DNA of 63,153 nt, filler included, from Chiloscyllium plagiosum (GCF_004010195.1; 3 parts of one record of this genome joined end to end with filler, not necessarily neighbours in it), one strand, 5' to 3'; positions 12,891 through 25,989 are shown, numbered from the whole stretch's first letter. Numbers and translations are program-made. The notes: generated by a model not told the origin, from the sequence alone.

Positions 12891-13239
12891 TTTAATGCCT
12901 CAGCATTAGAATAGCTTGAGAAAATGACAGTTTATGTTTTAGACTAGATGGCAGTGAAAGTTAGGATTGGAACGTACTTTTTACATTTTTGTTTATTATG
13001 CAAAGACGTCCATTATAAATCCTCCAGGTAAACAAATGAATCCCAGTTATCACCCCCATCTGAACACATCTATATGCTCAATGACTATGCAATGAAGAGA
13101 TGCAAAGCACAAACAAGATGAGGTTGAGAAGATATATGGAGACATAAGAAAGAAACAGGAGGAAGTTATAAGTTCTAGACAATGCTTTTCTGAAGAGTAA
13201 AAGACTTGTTCAGTTGTTTTATCTCATAGCAGTATGTAC

Positions 13240-13405
13240 CTTGCAAAGTTTTATTGAAAAAATCTTGTTGCTGTCTCTGAATGGCTGAAACTGACATTGC
13301 GCACGATGGTATGAGATGTTCTGGATTTGGTGTTTGTGAATAAAGACTGCATCATTGAGAGAACATTGGTTTCTTCCAATGTGGCTATTTGAGATGTGGT
13401 ATTGT
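13240..13405 (-). CDS. Ectodomain exon 2 (apparent +1 frameshift near its 3' end)
   Basis: Acceptor CCTCTCTTTTGTAG and donor AAG|GTACAT. The phase-1 frame reads NTTSQIATLEETNVLSMMQSLFTNTKSRTSHTIVRNVSFSHSETATRFFQ*. Length 166 bp is one more than needed for phase 1-1. Confidence 0.65.
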
Positions 13406-14492
13406 CTACAAAAGAGAGGCATTAGTGATCAGGAATCTCATTATGATATGTTAGATTTTCTATATCTCAGCACAGGTACAGATTAAATAAAGAAGATAAA
13501 CTAGGAGGGATTTCCAATTTAATAAAGTTACAGCAGAATGCATTTCAACAACAGGGTGATTTCTTGTTCACAATCTCGCAGCTCTGGGCTATATTCTTTT
13601 TTTTTTTGGCTGAAGAATATAGGGAAAATGTTATAGTCCAATCTTCAATCTGCATTCTCATTGAAATTAGTCTGTCCAATGGGAGATTTTTGTAATATTT
13701 CTTGTAAATAACTGCCATAAGGTAGCAATGTTTTCATAAAAGAGAAAGAAAGTGCTCGCCTACACTTGTCTAGTGTTTATCCAGTTTTTAGAAACATCTC
13801 AAAACACAAAAGGGAACAAGGCTGAGGGGTGATACATTGAATTAACAGACAGCACAGATGAGGTCCATTGTTATGGCAAGTGACTCATTTTGATCTACTG
13901 GGTCTCCTCAAAATTTTATGCAGATTTGAGGCAGTCAAATACAATGTTGTATAATGAAACAGTTTTGGATTGGTGAGACAGTTAAAGTTTTGGTCAGAAG
14001 ATCACAGAAGATTAAACCAATCAAACTTGCAAATGCAGCTACTTATCCAACTTGTCTTGCAGACCTAAAAATGGAGCTTCGTTATGACAAGCAGATTCAA
14101 TTCCAAGTTTTTCTGTTTTCCTTTTATTGGGATATCATTGTGCATCAAATTGAAGCTGATTTTCTGGGAATGTCATTACAGTGAGTGAACAGAAACAAGT
14201 TACTAAATGTTAATAGTAAGACTTTTAGAGAAGTGCCACACAAATCCTATCATGCCTGTTTGACACTGTTACTGAATAAGGATCTTTTACAGACCAAGAA
14301 AATGACTCTCATGATACAACAACTTTGAATTTTCTATAATGCGACAGCACAAATTATCACAATTCATTTCCGACCATATATTCATTCATATTAATATACT
14401 GTGCATTGAATTTTCTGATTAAGTAATTAGCACTTTCTCTTCAATTAAATGGCTTTACTCTAAACAAAGTAATACATTACAAATAAACTCAC

Positions 14493-14559
14493 TCTGCGAT
14501 TCACAGAATGCCAGCACAAAAGCCATGAGCAATCCTTTTGTCACAGTCAATGCTACCAT
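14493..14559 (-). CDS. Signal-peptide exon (start codon); exon extends as 5'UTR to the acceptor at 14674
   Basis: Strong Kozak CACCATGG. Encodes MVALTVTKGLLMAFVLAFCESQ; phase-1 donor A|GTGAGT. Upstream acceptor TTCTTTCCTTCTAG with stops in all three frames before the ATG. Confidence 0.8.
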
Positions 14560-16551
14560 GGTGATTGAATTTGATCTTCACTGAATGAAGGTTTGATATT
14601 TCTGAAGCTACTCTGAAGCTGTCTTTGTAGTTATGTGGCCGTTACACTCTCAAACTATTTGCTTGTGTAATTCCCTAGAAGGAAAGAATATTCCTCCAAA
14701 CTCGTACCTTCTCGCGACTTGTGACCTGAGGTGCTGACTCCCCTCCAAATATGAACTTCAATTTCACATCAAAGATTTCACACGTTGTTTCAAAATACCT
14801 TAGAATCTTATCATTCTACAGTTGGGATGGATTTAATCTGCAGTGAAGAGGCTGATATGTAACATGAATGTTCAAAACCTTCATTTAGTTCCAATAAATT
14901 TCAATCATATTAAAACCACATCCCTAAAATACTTGGATTTGTGTCTCTTAGACTGCAATGTCTATAATGCCTTATGCGAAGTACAATGAAAATTGATAGG
15001 AATGTTTGTCTATAAAATATTGATTTATTTGAATATTTGCAGCAAAGAATTTCTACAAATTCTACAGGTTAGTTCTGAAGAATCATAATGAATGAAGCAG
15101 CCTTAACGTCTTCATTCTGAAATTCACCAGGAATTGACAATTCTGCAATGACTGTGAAACTGAATGTGGTATCAAAATCAATGTTTGCCAAGAATGTCAT
15201 AAGTGACTGAATTGCCCGAGAGATTGGAAAATGTAAATTTTTTTATCACCTTTGATTTGACCAAGGATTACTGATGGATCTGTTTAATAGTGAATGCAAA
15301 ATAGTAAATGGCTTTAGTGCCACTCAAAGAGCTCAACCAGTTAGCTGCATGGAGTTGGTTTTGAATCATCATACCTGATATGTAGCAGTACATTTGAATG
15401 ACATTGATAACGATACTGTGGTTGACACTTAAATAAAGCAGAGGCTGACAGAGCATTAGAGAGACTAGAATATTTCAGTTCTCAGCAAACCCAGATTGTG
15501 AAACATTTAGTTGCCCGAGACCACATAATTGGGGTTTGTGTAGAATGGTGAACAAAGAGATAGCTGTGAAAGGCTGGGCTGTGCAATAAAAGAAAGTCAG
15601 AGCTTGTTAGGCTCCAATTTGTCACTGGATTAGTGGTGCTGGAAGAGCAAGCAGTTCAGGCAGCATCCAAGGAGCTTCTGACAGATTTGTTGCCCAAACC
15701 ATCAGTCCTCACTCCACCCGCCCCACCTAAACACCATGACAAAAGCAAAGGATCCAGACCCGGTCCAATGGAACCCTAAAGCTAATGCTGCTTTTAGGAA
15801 CTTGAGCCAAATACTATCAGATAGATCCCAGCTGTAAGTCAAAAATGCGTTTTACAAACCAATGCCTCCCGAGAAAAGCAAAACAGGATTATGTGGAAAT
15901 GAGTATGCTGGTCACGATGGAACTCACTTTTAAAGTATAAAAGATAAATCGAATGAATATGTCTCACTCGTCAGTTTTAATATCTTTGATTTCTTTAGAG
16001 AAGGTGGGTTTAGAAATTGCGTTCTTCAAAATAGATGAAGGGGAAGAACATCTCATGTTTTATCCAGACTGAAAACCTGTTTGACATTGAGCAAGAGACT
16101 ACAATGATAGAGGGAGAGTGTCCAGTATTAAATAGTATCACACACTCCGAACAAAGACTGAAATGCTCATTTTGCTCACAGATTATTTTCACCCCAACCC
16201 TATGGTTTTGAGGTATAATAATTCACTTAAGCTTATTATAGGACTTGTACAATGTTAATGAAATGTTTGCAATTCAGATTTTCTGATTCCTACAGGAATA
16301 CCTGAATGTATGATGATGAATGATGATTTATTGTCACATACTCTACCATGAACAATACAGTAAAATACAGTGAAAGGCTTCAACTGTTGCCACAATCTGG
16401 CACCATTTTGAATAGTTTAAGAATAAAAAGAAAAAGCTGAGTGTCCATCTTTGTTCTGCTGCCTCTGGCATGTGTCCTGAGCTTGAGATGGCTGACCAAT
16501 GACACTTGCACTGCAACTTGGGCCAGATCCACCAATATTTCAGTCACCACT

Positions 16552-16774
16552 AAATAAAAGCAAATTACTGCGGATGCTGGAATCTGAAACCAAAAGAGAA
16601 AATGCTGGAAAATCTCAGCAGGTCTGGCAGCATCTGTAAGGAGAAAAAAGAGCTGACGTTTCGAGTCTAACTGACCCTTTGACAAAGGGTCAGTTAGACT
16701 TGAAACGTCAGCTCTTTTTTCTCCTTTCAGATGCTGCCAGACCTGCTGAGATTTTCCAGCATTTTCTCTTTTGG
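16552..16774. mobile_element. Young fold-back element, family C
   Basis: 98-bp arms (16584-16681 / 16683-16780), 1-nt loop, 2 mismatches. TSD TTTCAGTCACCACT at 16538-16551 and 16775-16788, overlapping the end of the right arm. Confidence 0.9.
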
Positions 16775-17399
16775 TTTCAGTCACCACTCTTCAGGCACCA
16801 TCTCATTGTCACTGGATCCACCTCACCAACAGGCCACCAGTGCTGGGTCCCTGGATCCATACCTTGCAACCAGGAGTCCCCTAACGTTAATGCCTGAAGT
16901 CCCTGCTTTGGGCATACCACACCGTTACCACTTCAGCCACTGCCTCCCTGACACCTGGAGAAGTTGCTTTTGGCCTAACACAACCACAAGTACCTAGCTC
17001 CACTGCTAGGCCAGGTTGTCACCTCGCCAAGAGCCCCACTCTGTCTGCCTTCCTCTGCAATGCCACCTTCTCCACAAATGCCCACAGGAAGAAGATCCAA
17101 GAAAAAGAAAGAAAACAAAAAGGCAAAGGAATGAATGAAGGAAGTGACCATTCTGAAGCAAATGAGCCCAGGAGCTGAAACCCTGCCAGTGCCACATTTT
17201 TTGAAATCTCAAGGAGCATCCCTGACCAGTGATCGATTATTAGACCATTTTAATTAACATGATGCATGGACATGAAACCCACAGTAAGGGGTTGGCTCAT
17301 AATTGCTCTTTGAAATGGCAACAACTCAGTTCAGGAGCATTTAGGGATGGACAAAAAGTGCTTACATACACAAATTAATAAAATAAAAGGCCCTCAAAT

Positions 17400-19156
17400 A
17401 TCAGCAAGGCAGCCTTTGTGTGGAACTGCAGGTGATGGGGGAGATACTAAACGAGTATTTTGCATCAGTATTTACTGTGGAAAAGGATATGGAAGATATA
17501 GACTGTCAGGAAATAAATGGTGACATCTTGCAAAGTGTCCAGATTACAGAGGAGGAAGTGCTGAATATCTTGAAATGGTTAAAGGTGGATAAATCCCCAG
17601 GACCTGATCAGGTGTACCCGAGAGCTCTGTGGGAAGCTAGAGAAATGATTGCTGGGCCTCTTGCTGGGATATTTGTATCATCGATAGTCATAGGTGAGGT
17701 GCCGGAAGACTGGAGGTTGGCAAACGTGGTGCCACTGTTTAAGAAGGGCGGTAAAGACAAGCCAGGGAACTATAGACCGGTGAGCCTGACCTCGGTGTGG
17801 GCAAGTTGTTGGAGGGAATCCTGAGGGACAGGATGTACATGTATTTGGAAAGGCAAGGACTGATAAGGGATAATCAATATGGCTTTGTGCGTGGGAAAAC
17901 ATGTCTCACAAACTTAATTGAGTTTTTTGAAGAAGTAACAAAGAGGATTGATGAGGGAAGAGCAGTAGACGTGATCTATATAGACTTCAGTAAGGCGTTC
18001 AACAAGGTTCCCCATGGGAGACTGATTAGCAAGGTTAGTTCTCATGGAATACAGGGAGAACTAGCCATTTGGATACAGAACTGGCTCAAAGGTAGAAGGC
18101 AGAGGATGGTGGTGGAGGGTTATTTTTCAGATTAGAGGCCTGTGACCAGTGGAGTGCCACAAGGATCGGTCCTGGGTCCACTACTTTTTGTCATTTATTT
18201 ATATGATTTAGATGTGACCTTAAGAGATATAGTTAGTAGGTTTGCAAATAACACCCAAATTGGAGGTGTAGTGTACAGCGAAGAAGGTTACCTCAGATTA
18301 CAATGGGATCTTGATCAGATGAGCCAAAGGGCTGAGGAGGGGCAGATGGAGTTTAATTTAGCTGAATGTGAGGTGCTGCATTTTGGGAAAGCAAATTTTA
18401 GCAGGACTTATATACTTAATGGTAAGGTCTTAAGGAGTGTTGCTGAACAAAGAGACCTTGGAGTACAGGTTCATAGCTCCTTGAAAGTAGAGTTGCAGGT
18501 AGATAGGATAGTGAAGAAGGCATTTGGTATGCTTTCCTTTGTTGGTCAGAGTATTGAATACAGGAGTTGGGAGGTCATGTTGCGGCCGTACAGGACATTG
18601 GTTAGGCCACTGTTGGAATATTGCGTGTAATTCTGTTTTCCTTCCTGTCAGAAGAATGTTGTGAAACTTGAAAGGGTTCAGAAAAGATTTACAAGGATTT
18701 TGTTAGGGTTGGAGTATTTGAGCTGTAGGGAGAGGCTGAACAGGCTGGGGCTGTTTTCCCTGGAGCATCGGAGGCTGAGAGGTAACTTTATGGAGGTATA
18801 TAAAATCATGAGGGACATGGATAGGGTAAATATACAAGGTCTTTTTCCTGGGGTCAGGGAGTCCAGAGCTAGAGGGCATAAGTTTAGGGTGAGAGGAGAA
18901 AGGTATAAAAGAGACCTCAGGGGCAACATTTTCATACAGAAGGTGTGGTGCGTGTGTGGAATGAGCTGCCAGAGGAAGTGGTGGGGGCTAGTACAATTGC
19001 AACATTTAAAAGGCAGATGGATGGTATGTGAGTAGGAAGGGTTTGGAGGGATATGGGCTGGGTGCTAGCAGGTGGGACTAGATTGGGTTGGGATATCTGG
19101 TCGGCATGGACGAGTTGGACTGAAGGGTCTGTTTCTGTGCTGTACTCTATGACTCT
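17400..19156 (+). mobile_element. 5'-truncated CR1/HER1-type LINE with complete RT region, frameshifted
   Basis: ORFs 17420..19035: [32 protein letters not shown]. Ends in a TCTATGACTC tail. Confidence 0.95.
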
Positions 19157-19769
19157 CAATAGAAATGCCTAGCAAAATAGCTTCTCAATTTCAAACCAAA
19201 GATATCATTCTTCTCCAGTACTCTAATTTGTTTAATACTGTAATTCCTGACATTTTTCCTTCTCTGTCTTTCTTGAATAAATTAGTTAAGAATATTACAT
19301 TCCCAATCCTTCCAATTTTTTTGAGAATAGTCTCTGTATTCTTACTATATTGTAACCCATGGGGTAAGTTATATCTATAGATCTTCAATCTTATAATTAT
19401 GCTTTAATGTGTTTTTGCACATGCATGTCAGACATAATTTGTCTGCCTCACATCTGCCCTCAGTTTAATACCTCCTATCTTCATACCATGCTTTCTTCTA
19501 CTGTGATCTTTCTCTGTGACCTCTCTCTGTATTTTGCTTCTCCACTTTAACATTTTAAACCAGTGTTTTTCCCCAGCCAAATTAGTTTAGAACCTTCAGC
19601 ATATCAGTGGTTAACCTACCTACCTACCTACAAGGAGATATATCCCACGTATATTGAGCCTCCACCTGACCAGCTAGAAAATATCCTTTCCTTCCCAAAA
19701 TTGATCCCAATGCCCCAAGGATCCTTTCACTCTTATATATGGCTGGTGACCAGCATTTGACAACAATTT

Positions 19770-20390
19770 TGACTAGGGGTTTATCACAAGGTTCAGTACT
19801 TGGTACCCCAGTTTTGAAGGGAATAAATATAATATGTCCAAGTTTGCAGATGTCATAAAACTGGCTGGCAGGGTGAACTGTGAGATAGATGCACATATGC
19901 TTGGTGTGATTTGGAACATTTGAATGAATGGGCAAATGCTTGGCAGATGAAGTGTAATATTGACAAATGTGAGGTAATCTACTTTAGTAACGAAAATAAG
20001 AAGGCAGATTACTTTGTGAATGGCAATCGATTGTGACAATGGGGAAGTACAATGAGCCCTGGGTGTCCTTGTACATCTGTTGCAGAAAGTAAGCATGTAA
20101 GTGCTGAAGAAGGCAAATCGTATATTAACCTTCTTACAGGAGCAGGAACATCTTGCTGTATTAATATAAGGAATTGGTGATACATCACCTGGAGTACTTA
20201 GTGCAGTTTTGGAGTACTTATCTGGCAACGGAAGGTGTGCTATAATGGTTTATCAGACTGATTCCTGGGATAGCAGGACTGATGTACGAAGAGAGACTTG
20301 ATGTATTGGGACTACGTTCATTTGCATTTATTAGAGTGGGAAGGGAGATTTGGAGAGGGTGTTCTGGTTAAAATCTATAAAATTCAAACA
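19770..20390 (+). mobile_element. Old CR1 LINE, left part (continues at ~25170-25700)
   Basis: KFADVIKL-like segment; breaks at the YKI-coding position and resumes after the nested younger LINE. Confidence 0.7.
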
Positions 20391-23300
20391 ACAATGCATC
20401 TGAACTGGAAGAGTAACAATATCCCTGGGCAGGAGGTTTGCTAGAGCTCTTTGGGAGGGTTTAAACTAGTTTGGCAGTGGAATGGGAAACGGAGCTATGA
20501 ATCAGAGGATAGGCTAGCTGGTGAACAGGCATGTACAGCATGCAGAGAGCCTGTGAGGAAGGATAGACAGTTGATAGGGCAAAGTTGCAGTATGTGTGAT
20601 GGATTGAAGTGTGTCTATTTTAATGCATGATTTGGAGGTGCCGGTGTTGGACTGGTGTGGACAAAGTTAAAAATCACACAACACCAGGTTGTAGTCCAAT
20701 AAGTTTATTTGGAGGCACTAGCTTTCAAAGTGCTGTTTCTTCATCAAGTGGTTGTGGAGCAGAACCGTACAACACAAAATTTATAGCAACAGGATTGCAG
20801 TGTCATTTGAATATAATATTAAACAAATTTAGCTTGAGTCTTTCATCTGTTAGAGTGATCATGCTAGTTTCGGTTCCTTCAAAGTAAATCCCAGAACTTT
20901 TTTAATATTACATTCTCAAGATAGCTTTTAACAATAGATGCCATCTCAGCTCAGATAATGCATTGAAGGTATGAAGTTAAAGTCTGTCTGTGTCCCAATG
21001 TTAGTTGAGATTAATTCTATTTCTAAAGTGGGATTTACAGAATCTTACATGGATTTATGCAGTTTTTTGAGCGAAATACAATGTAATTCTGCAAGTACAA
21101 ATTCACTCCCAAATGTATATGTGTGTGTGTGCAGAGGAGATAGAGTGAGTGAATGCATGTGGATGTGTGCATGTGGGTGTTTGTGTGGTGGTGAGTGTCT
21201 GTGAGAGAGTGTGTGTACGTATGTGAATATAATGGGATATAGGTCTGTGAGAGAGTGTGTCTGTTGATGTGAGTGTGGGGGTGTATGTGTGAACATAGGA
21301 GAGAGAGCTTGTGTATGAGATAGGGTCTGCCTGACCATGTGGGTCTGTAGGAGTGTGTGTGTGTGTATAGTGCAGTAGGGTCACCTGTAGTGTGACATGA
21401 ACCCAAGGTCCTAGTTGAGGCCATCCCCATGGATACCAAATTTGGCTATCAGCCTCTGCTCAGCCACTTTGCATTGTTGCCTGTCCCGACGTCCGCCTTG
21501 GAGGATGGTCACCCGAAGGTCCGAGGCCCAATGTCCCAGACTGCAGAAATGTTCCCTGATTGGGAGGGAACACTCCTGGCTGGTAATTGTTGTGCAATGT
21601 CCATTCATCCATTGCTACAGCATCTGCTCGGTCTCACCAATGTACCATGCCACAGGGTATCCTTGCCTGCAGCGAATGAGATAGACAACTTTGGCCAAGT
21701 CACATGAGTGCTTGCTGCATTCATGGTGGGTTGTGACCTGATGTGTAATGCGACCTTACCTGGGCCATGGGTTCATGTCGCACACAGGTGACCCCATTGC
21801 ACTACACACACACACACATCCTATCTCATATGCTTACACATACACCCCCACACACGCACCCTGTGACAAACTATACCATTACACTCACACACATACACAC
21901 ACTCTCACAGACACTCACACCCCCACACAAACACCCACATGCACACATTCTTGTGGTCTCCCCTGCACACACATACACATATAAGTTTGTGGGGTGAATT
22001 TGTACTTGCAAAATAACATTTTATTTTGTTCAAAAACTGCATAAATTCATGTAAGATTCTGTAAATCCCACTTTAGAAGTAGAATCAGTCTTACCGAACA
22101 GTGGGACACAGATAGACTTTAACTTTACACCTTCAATGCATTATCTGAGCTGAGATGGAATCTATTGTTAAAAGCTATCTTGAGAATGTAACTTTAAAAA
22201 AGGTCTGGGATTTACATATGAAGGAACCGAAACTAATATGATCACTCTAACAGATGAAAGACTCAAGCTAAATTTGTTTAATATTACATTCCAATGACGC
22301 TGCAATCCTGTTGCTATAAATTCTGTATCGTATGATTCTGTTTCACAATCACCTGATGAAGAAGCAGCGCTTTTAAAACTAGTGCCTCCAAATAAACATG
22401 TTGTGTATTTTAATGCAAGAAGTGTCAGGATTAAGGGTAATGAACTTAGAGCATAAATCAATACTTGGAACTATGATGTTGTGGCCATTACAGATTCTTG
22501 GATATCACAGGGGCAGGAATGGTTGTTGTATTTTCCTTTTGAAAAGGAAAAAGGAGGGAGGTAAAAGATGAGGGGAAGTAGCATTGCTGATCAGAGATAG
22601 TATCACAACCACAGAAAGGGACGTCATCAAGGATGGTTTGGCTACTGAGTCATTATGGGTGGAAGTCAGAAACAAAAAAAGAAGCAGACACTTTATTGGA
22701 AGTTTTCTACCGAACCCCCCAATAGCAACATAGACATGGAGAAGCAGATTTGGAGGCAGATTTTGAAAAGATGCAGAAGAAATAGGATTATTGTCATGGG
22801 TGACTTCAATTTCCCAAATAGCTTGGATGGAGCTGATTTTGTCAGGTGTGTCCAGGAAGGATTCCTGACTCAATATGTAGATAGGCCAATGAGAGTGGAG
22901 GCCATATTCGATTTGGTGTTTGGCAACGAACCAGGTCAGATGTCAAATATCTCAGTGCGAGAGCATTTTGATGATAGTAACCTTTACTATAGTCAGAGAG
23001 AGGGATAGGAGCAACGATATGGGAAAGTATTTAATTGGCGGAGGGGAATTACAATGCTATTAGGCAGGAACTGTGGAACATAAATTGGAACGGATATTCT
23101 CAGGGAAATGCATGACCGAAATGTGGAGGTTATTTAGGGAGCACTACCTGCAAGTACTGGATAGGTTTGTCCCACTGAGAAAAGGAAGGAATGGTAGGGT
23201 GAAGGAACTTTGGGTGACAAGAGATGTGGAACATGTAGACAAGTGAAAAAGAAAGATTACTTAAGGTTGAGGAAGCAAGGATTAGACAGGGCTCTAGAGG

Positions 23301-25165
23301 TTTACAAGGTAGCCAGGAAGGAACTGAAGAATGGACTTAGGAGAGCTAGAAGGGGAATGAAAAAGCCTTGGCAGGTAGGATTAAGGAAAATCCCAAGGCA
23401 TTCTATACTTATGTGAGGAACAAGAGAATGGCTAGAATGAGTGTAAGGCTGATCAGGAATAATGGAGAGAACTTGTGCCTGGAGTCAGAGGAGGTAAGGG
23501 AAGTCCTTAAAGAATACTTCACTTCAGTATTCACTAGTGAGAGGGACCTTGTTGTGAAACAGGCTGATGCACTCCAAGAGGTTGATGTTCTGAAAATGGA
23601 TGTGCTGGAAATTTTGAAAACACGAGGATAGATAAGTTGCCCGGGCCAGACATGATATATCCAAGGTTATTACAGGAAGCGAGGATTGAGATTGTTGCGC
23701 CTTCGGTGATGATCTTTCATTCTCACTGTCCACCGGACTAATACCAGATGATTGGAGGGTAGCAAATGTTATTCCCTTATTCAAGGAAGTGAATAGGGAT
23801 AATCTTGGAAATTACAGACCAGTCAGTCTTACATCAGTGGTGGGCAAATTATTGGAGAGGATTCTGAGAAGCAGGATTTATGACTATTTGGAAAAGCTTA
23901 GCTTGATTAGAGATAGTCAGCATGGCTTTGTGAAGGGCAGGTTATGCCACACAAGCCTTATTGAATTCTTTGAGGATGTGACAAAGCATTTTGATGAAAG
24001 TAGAGCAGTGGATGTGCTGTATATGGATTTTAGCAAGGCGTTTGATAAGGTTCCCTATGGTACACTCATTCAGAAAGTAAGGAGGCATGGGATACAGAGA
24101 AACCTATCTCTCTGGATACAGAATTGGCTGGCCCATAGAAGACAGAGGGTGGTACTACATGGAAAGTATTCAGCCTGGAGCTCGGTGACAAGTGGTACTC
24201 TGCAAGGACCTGTTCTAGGACTTCTGCTCTTTGTGATTTTTATAAATGACTTGAATGACGAAGTGTAAGTTTGCCAATGACACAATTGTTTGGACATTGT
24301 GGATAGTGTGGAGGGCTGTTCTAGGTTCCAGTGGGACATTGACAGGATGCAGAACTGGGCTAAGAAGTAGCAGATGGAGTTCAACCTGGAAAAGTGTGAA
24401 GTGATTCATTTTGGAAGGTGGAATTTGACCAGATTACAGGATTAAAGGCAGGATTTTATGGCAGTGTAGAGGAACAGAGGGTTCTTGGGGTCCACATCCA
24501 TCGGTCCCTCAAAGTTGCCACCCAAGTTAAGAAGGTGCATGATATATTAGCTTTCATTAGCTGGGGGATTGAATTTAAAAGACACGAGGTTATGCTGCAG
24601 CTCGAGAAAACTCTGGTTAGACCACACTTGGAATATTGTGTTCGGTTCTGGTTGCCTCATTGTAGGAAGAATATGGAAGCTTTAGAGAGGATGCAGAGGA
24701 GATTTACCAGAATGCTGCCTGGACTGGAGGGTCTGACCTATGAAGAAAGGTTAAAGGAACTAGGACTTTCATCATTGGAGCAACAAAGGATAAGAGGTGA
24801 CTTGATAGAGGTAGACAAGATGATGTGAGACATATATATAGAATGGATAGCCAGAGACTTTTTCTCTGGGTGGAAATGGCTATCATGAGGAGGCATAATT
24901 TTAAAGTGATTGGAGGACGGTTTAGGAGAGATGTCAGATGTAGGTTCTTTACACAGAGAGTGGTGGTTCCATGTAATGAACTGCCAGCAATGGTAGTAGA
25001 GTCAGATATGTTAGGGACATTTAAGTGACTCTTGGGTAGGCACATGGATGACAGTAAAATGTAGGGTATGTAGGTTAGTTTGATCTTAGTGTAGGATAAA
25101 AGGTCGGCACAGCACCAAGGGCCAAAGGGCCTGTACTGTGCTGTACTGTTCTATGTTCTGTGTTT
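20391..25165 (+). mobile_element. Near full-length degraded CR1 LINE (ORF1 end, APE endonuclease, RT, 3' tail), interrupted by Penelope
   Basis: ORF 22655..23008 (MGDFNFP, APE), 23789..24268 (RT), 24418..25028; (TGTTCTA) tail at ~25148-25160. Confidence 0.9.
20628..22405 (-). mobile_element. Penelope-like element, family B: GIY-YIG C-terminus flanked by ~650-700 bp inverted terminal repeats
   Basis: Minus strand VVYLIRCRQGYPVAWYIGETEQML*QWMNGH...EHF...EQRLIAKF...GLN. Arms ~20698-21410 and ~21760-22400 are inverted. TSD TATTTTAATGCA at 20616-20627 and 22406-22417. Confidence 0.9.
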
Positions 25166-25442
25166 TATGATTTGATTGGGTAAACATAGGAAGGATATTC
25201 CCGATAACTGGGGAGTCCAGAAATAACGGCCACAGTTTAAGGATACAGGGTAGACCATTTTGCGCTGAGGTGAGGACAAATTTCTCTTCCCAGACAGCGG
25301 TGAGCCGATGGAATTTTCTGTCACAGAAAGTAGTTGAAGCCAAAACATTGAATGTTTTCAAGAAGAAGTTAGATACAATTCTGAGGGCTAATGAGGTCAA
25401 AGGGTATGGGGAGAAAGTGGAAATAGAGAACTAATTTAGATG

Positions 25443-25603
25443 GTGTGGAGGAGCCTGTGTTGGACTGCGGGAACAAAGTTAAAAAGCACACAATACCAGG
25501 TTACAGTCCAACAGGTTTATTTGGAAGCACTAGCCTTTGGAGCATTGCTCCTTCACCAGCTAGTTATGGAGCAGAACCTATAACCTGGTGTTGAGTGATT
25601 TTT
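25443..25603. mobile_element. Short family B fold-back element
   Basis: Same terminus as the 20628 element, with a partial inverted copy. TSD AACTAATTTAGATG at 25429-25442 and 25604-25617. Confidence 0.8.
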
Positions 25604-25989
25604 AACTAATTTAGATGATCACCCATTATCATATTTAGTGATGGAGCAGTGGCCAAAAGGCCAAGTGGTTTATTCCTGCTTCTCTTTTCCATGTTTCTAT
25701 TTCTCTGGCATGCATTAACCTGCTTTACCTTACAATTCTTTTAATAATAACAAATGACACTGAGTGTATTCCTGAGAATACTGTTTATGAGGACTTAAGC
25801 TTTAACTTTCCTCTAAATCCTGATGGAACAGTCCAGCAGTTGTGTTTTTTCAGCTATGTTTTTTATCTGCTCATCAAGATCCTCTCTGTGTTTCTTGCAG
25901 ATATGCATTTTTATAATAATTTCAATTGGCTTATCATATCACATAGAACTGCTGCCGGTAGGATAACCTACCATTTGAAAATAATGATA

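Noticed and set aside
13219..13422. ORF-track frame MPLFCRQYH... as the true exon 2 frame
   Set aside because: It needs a phase-2 entry and phase-0 exit, incompatible with the phase-1 sites of exons 1 and 3.
21035..21997. His/Thr-rich ORFs
   Set aside because: Translations of (CA)n-rich tracts in the Penelope arms.
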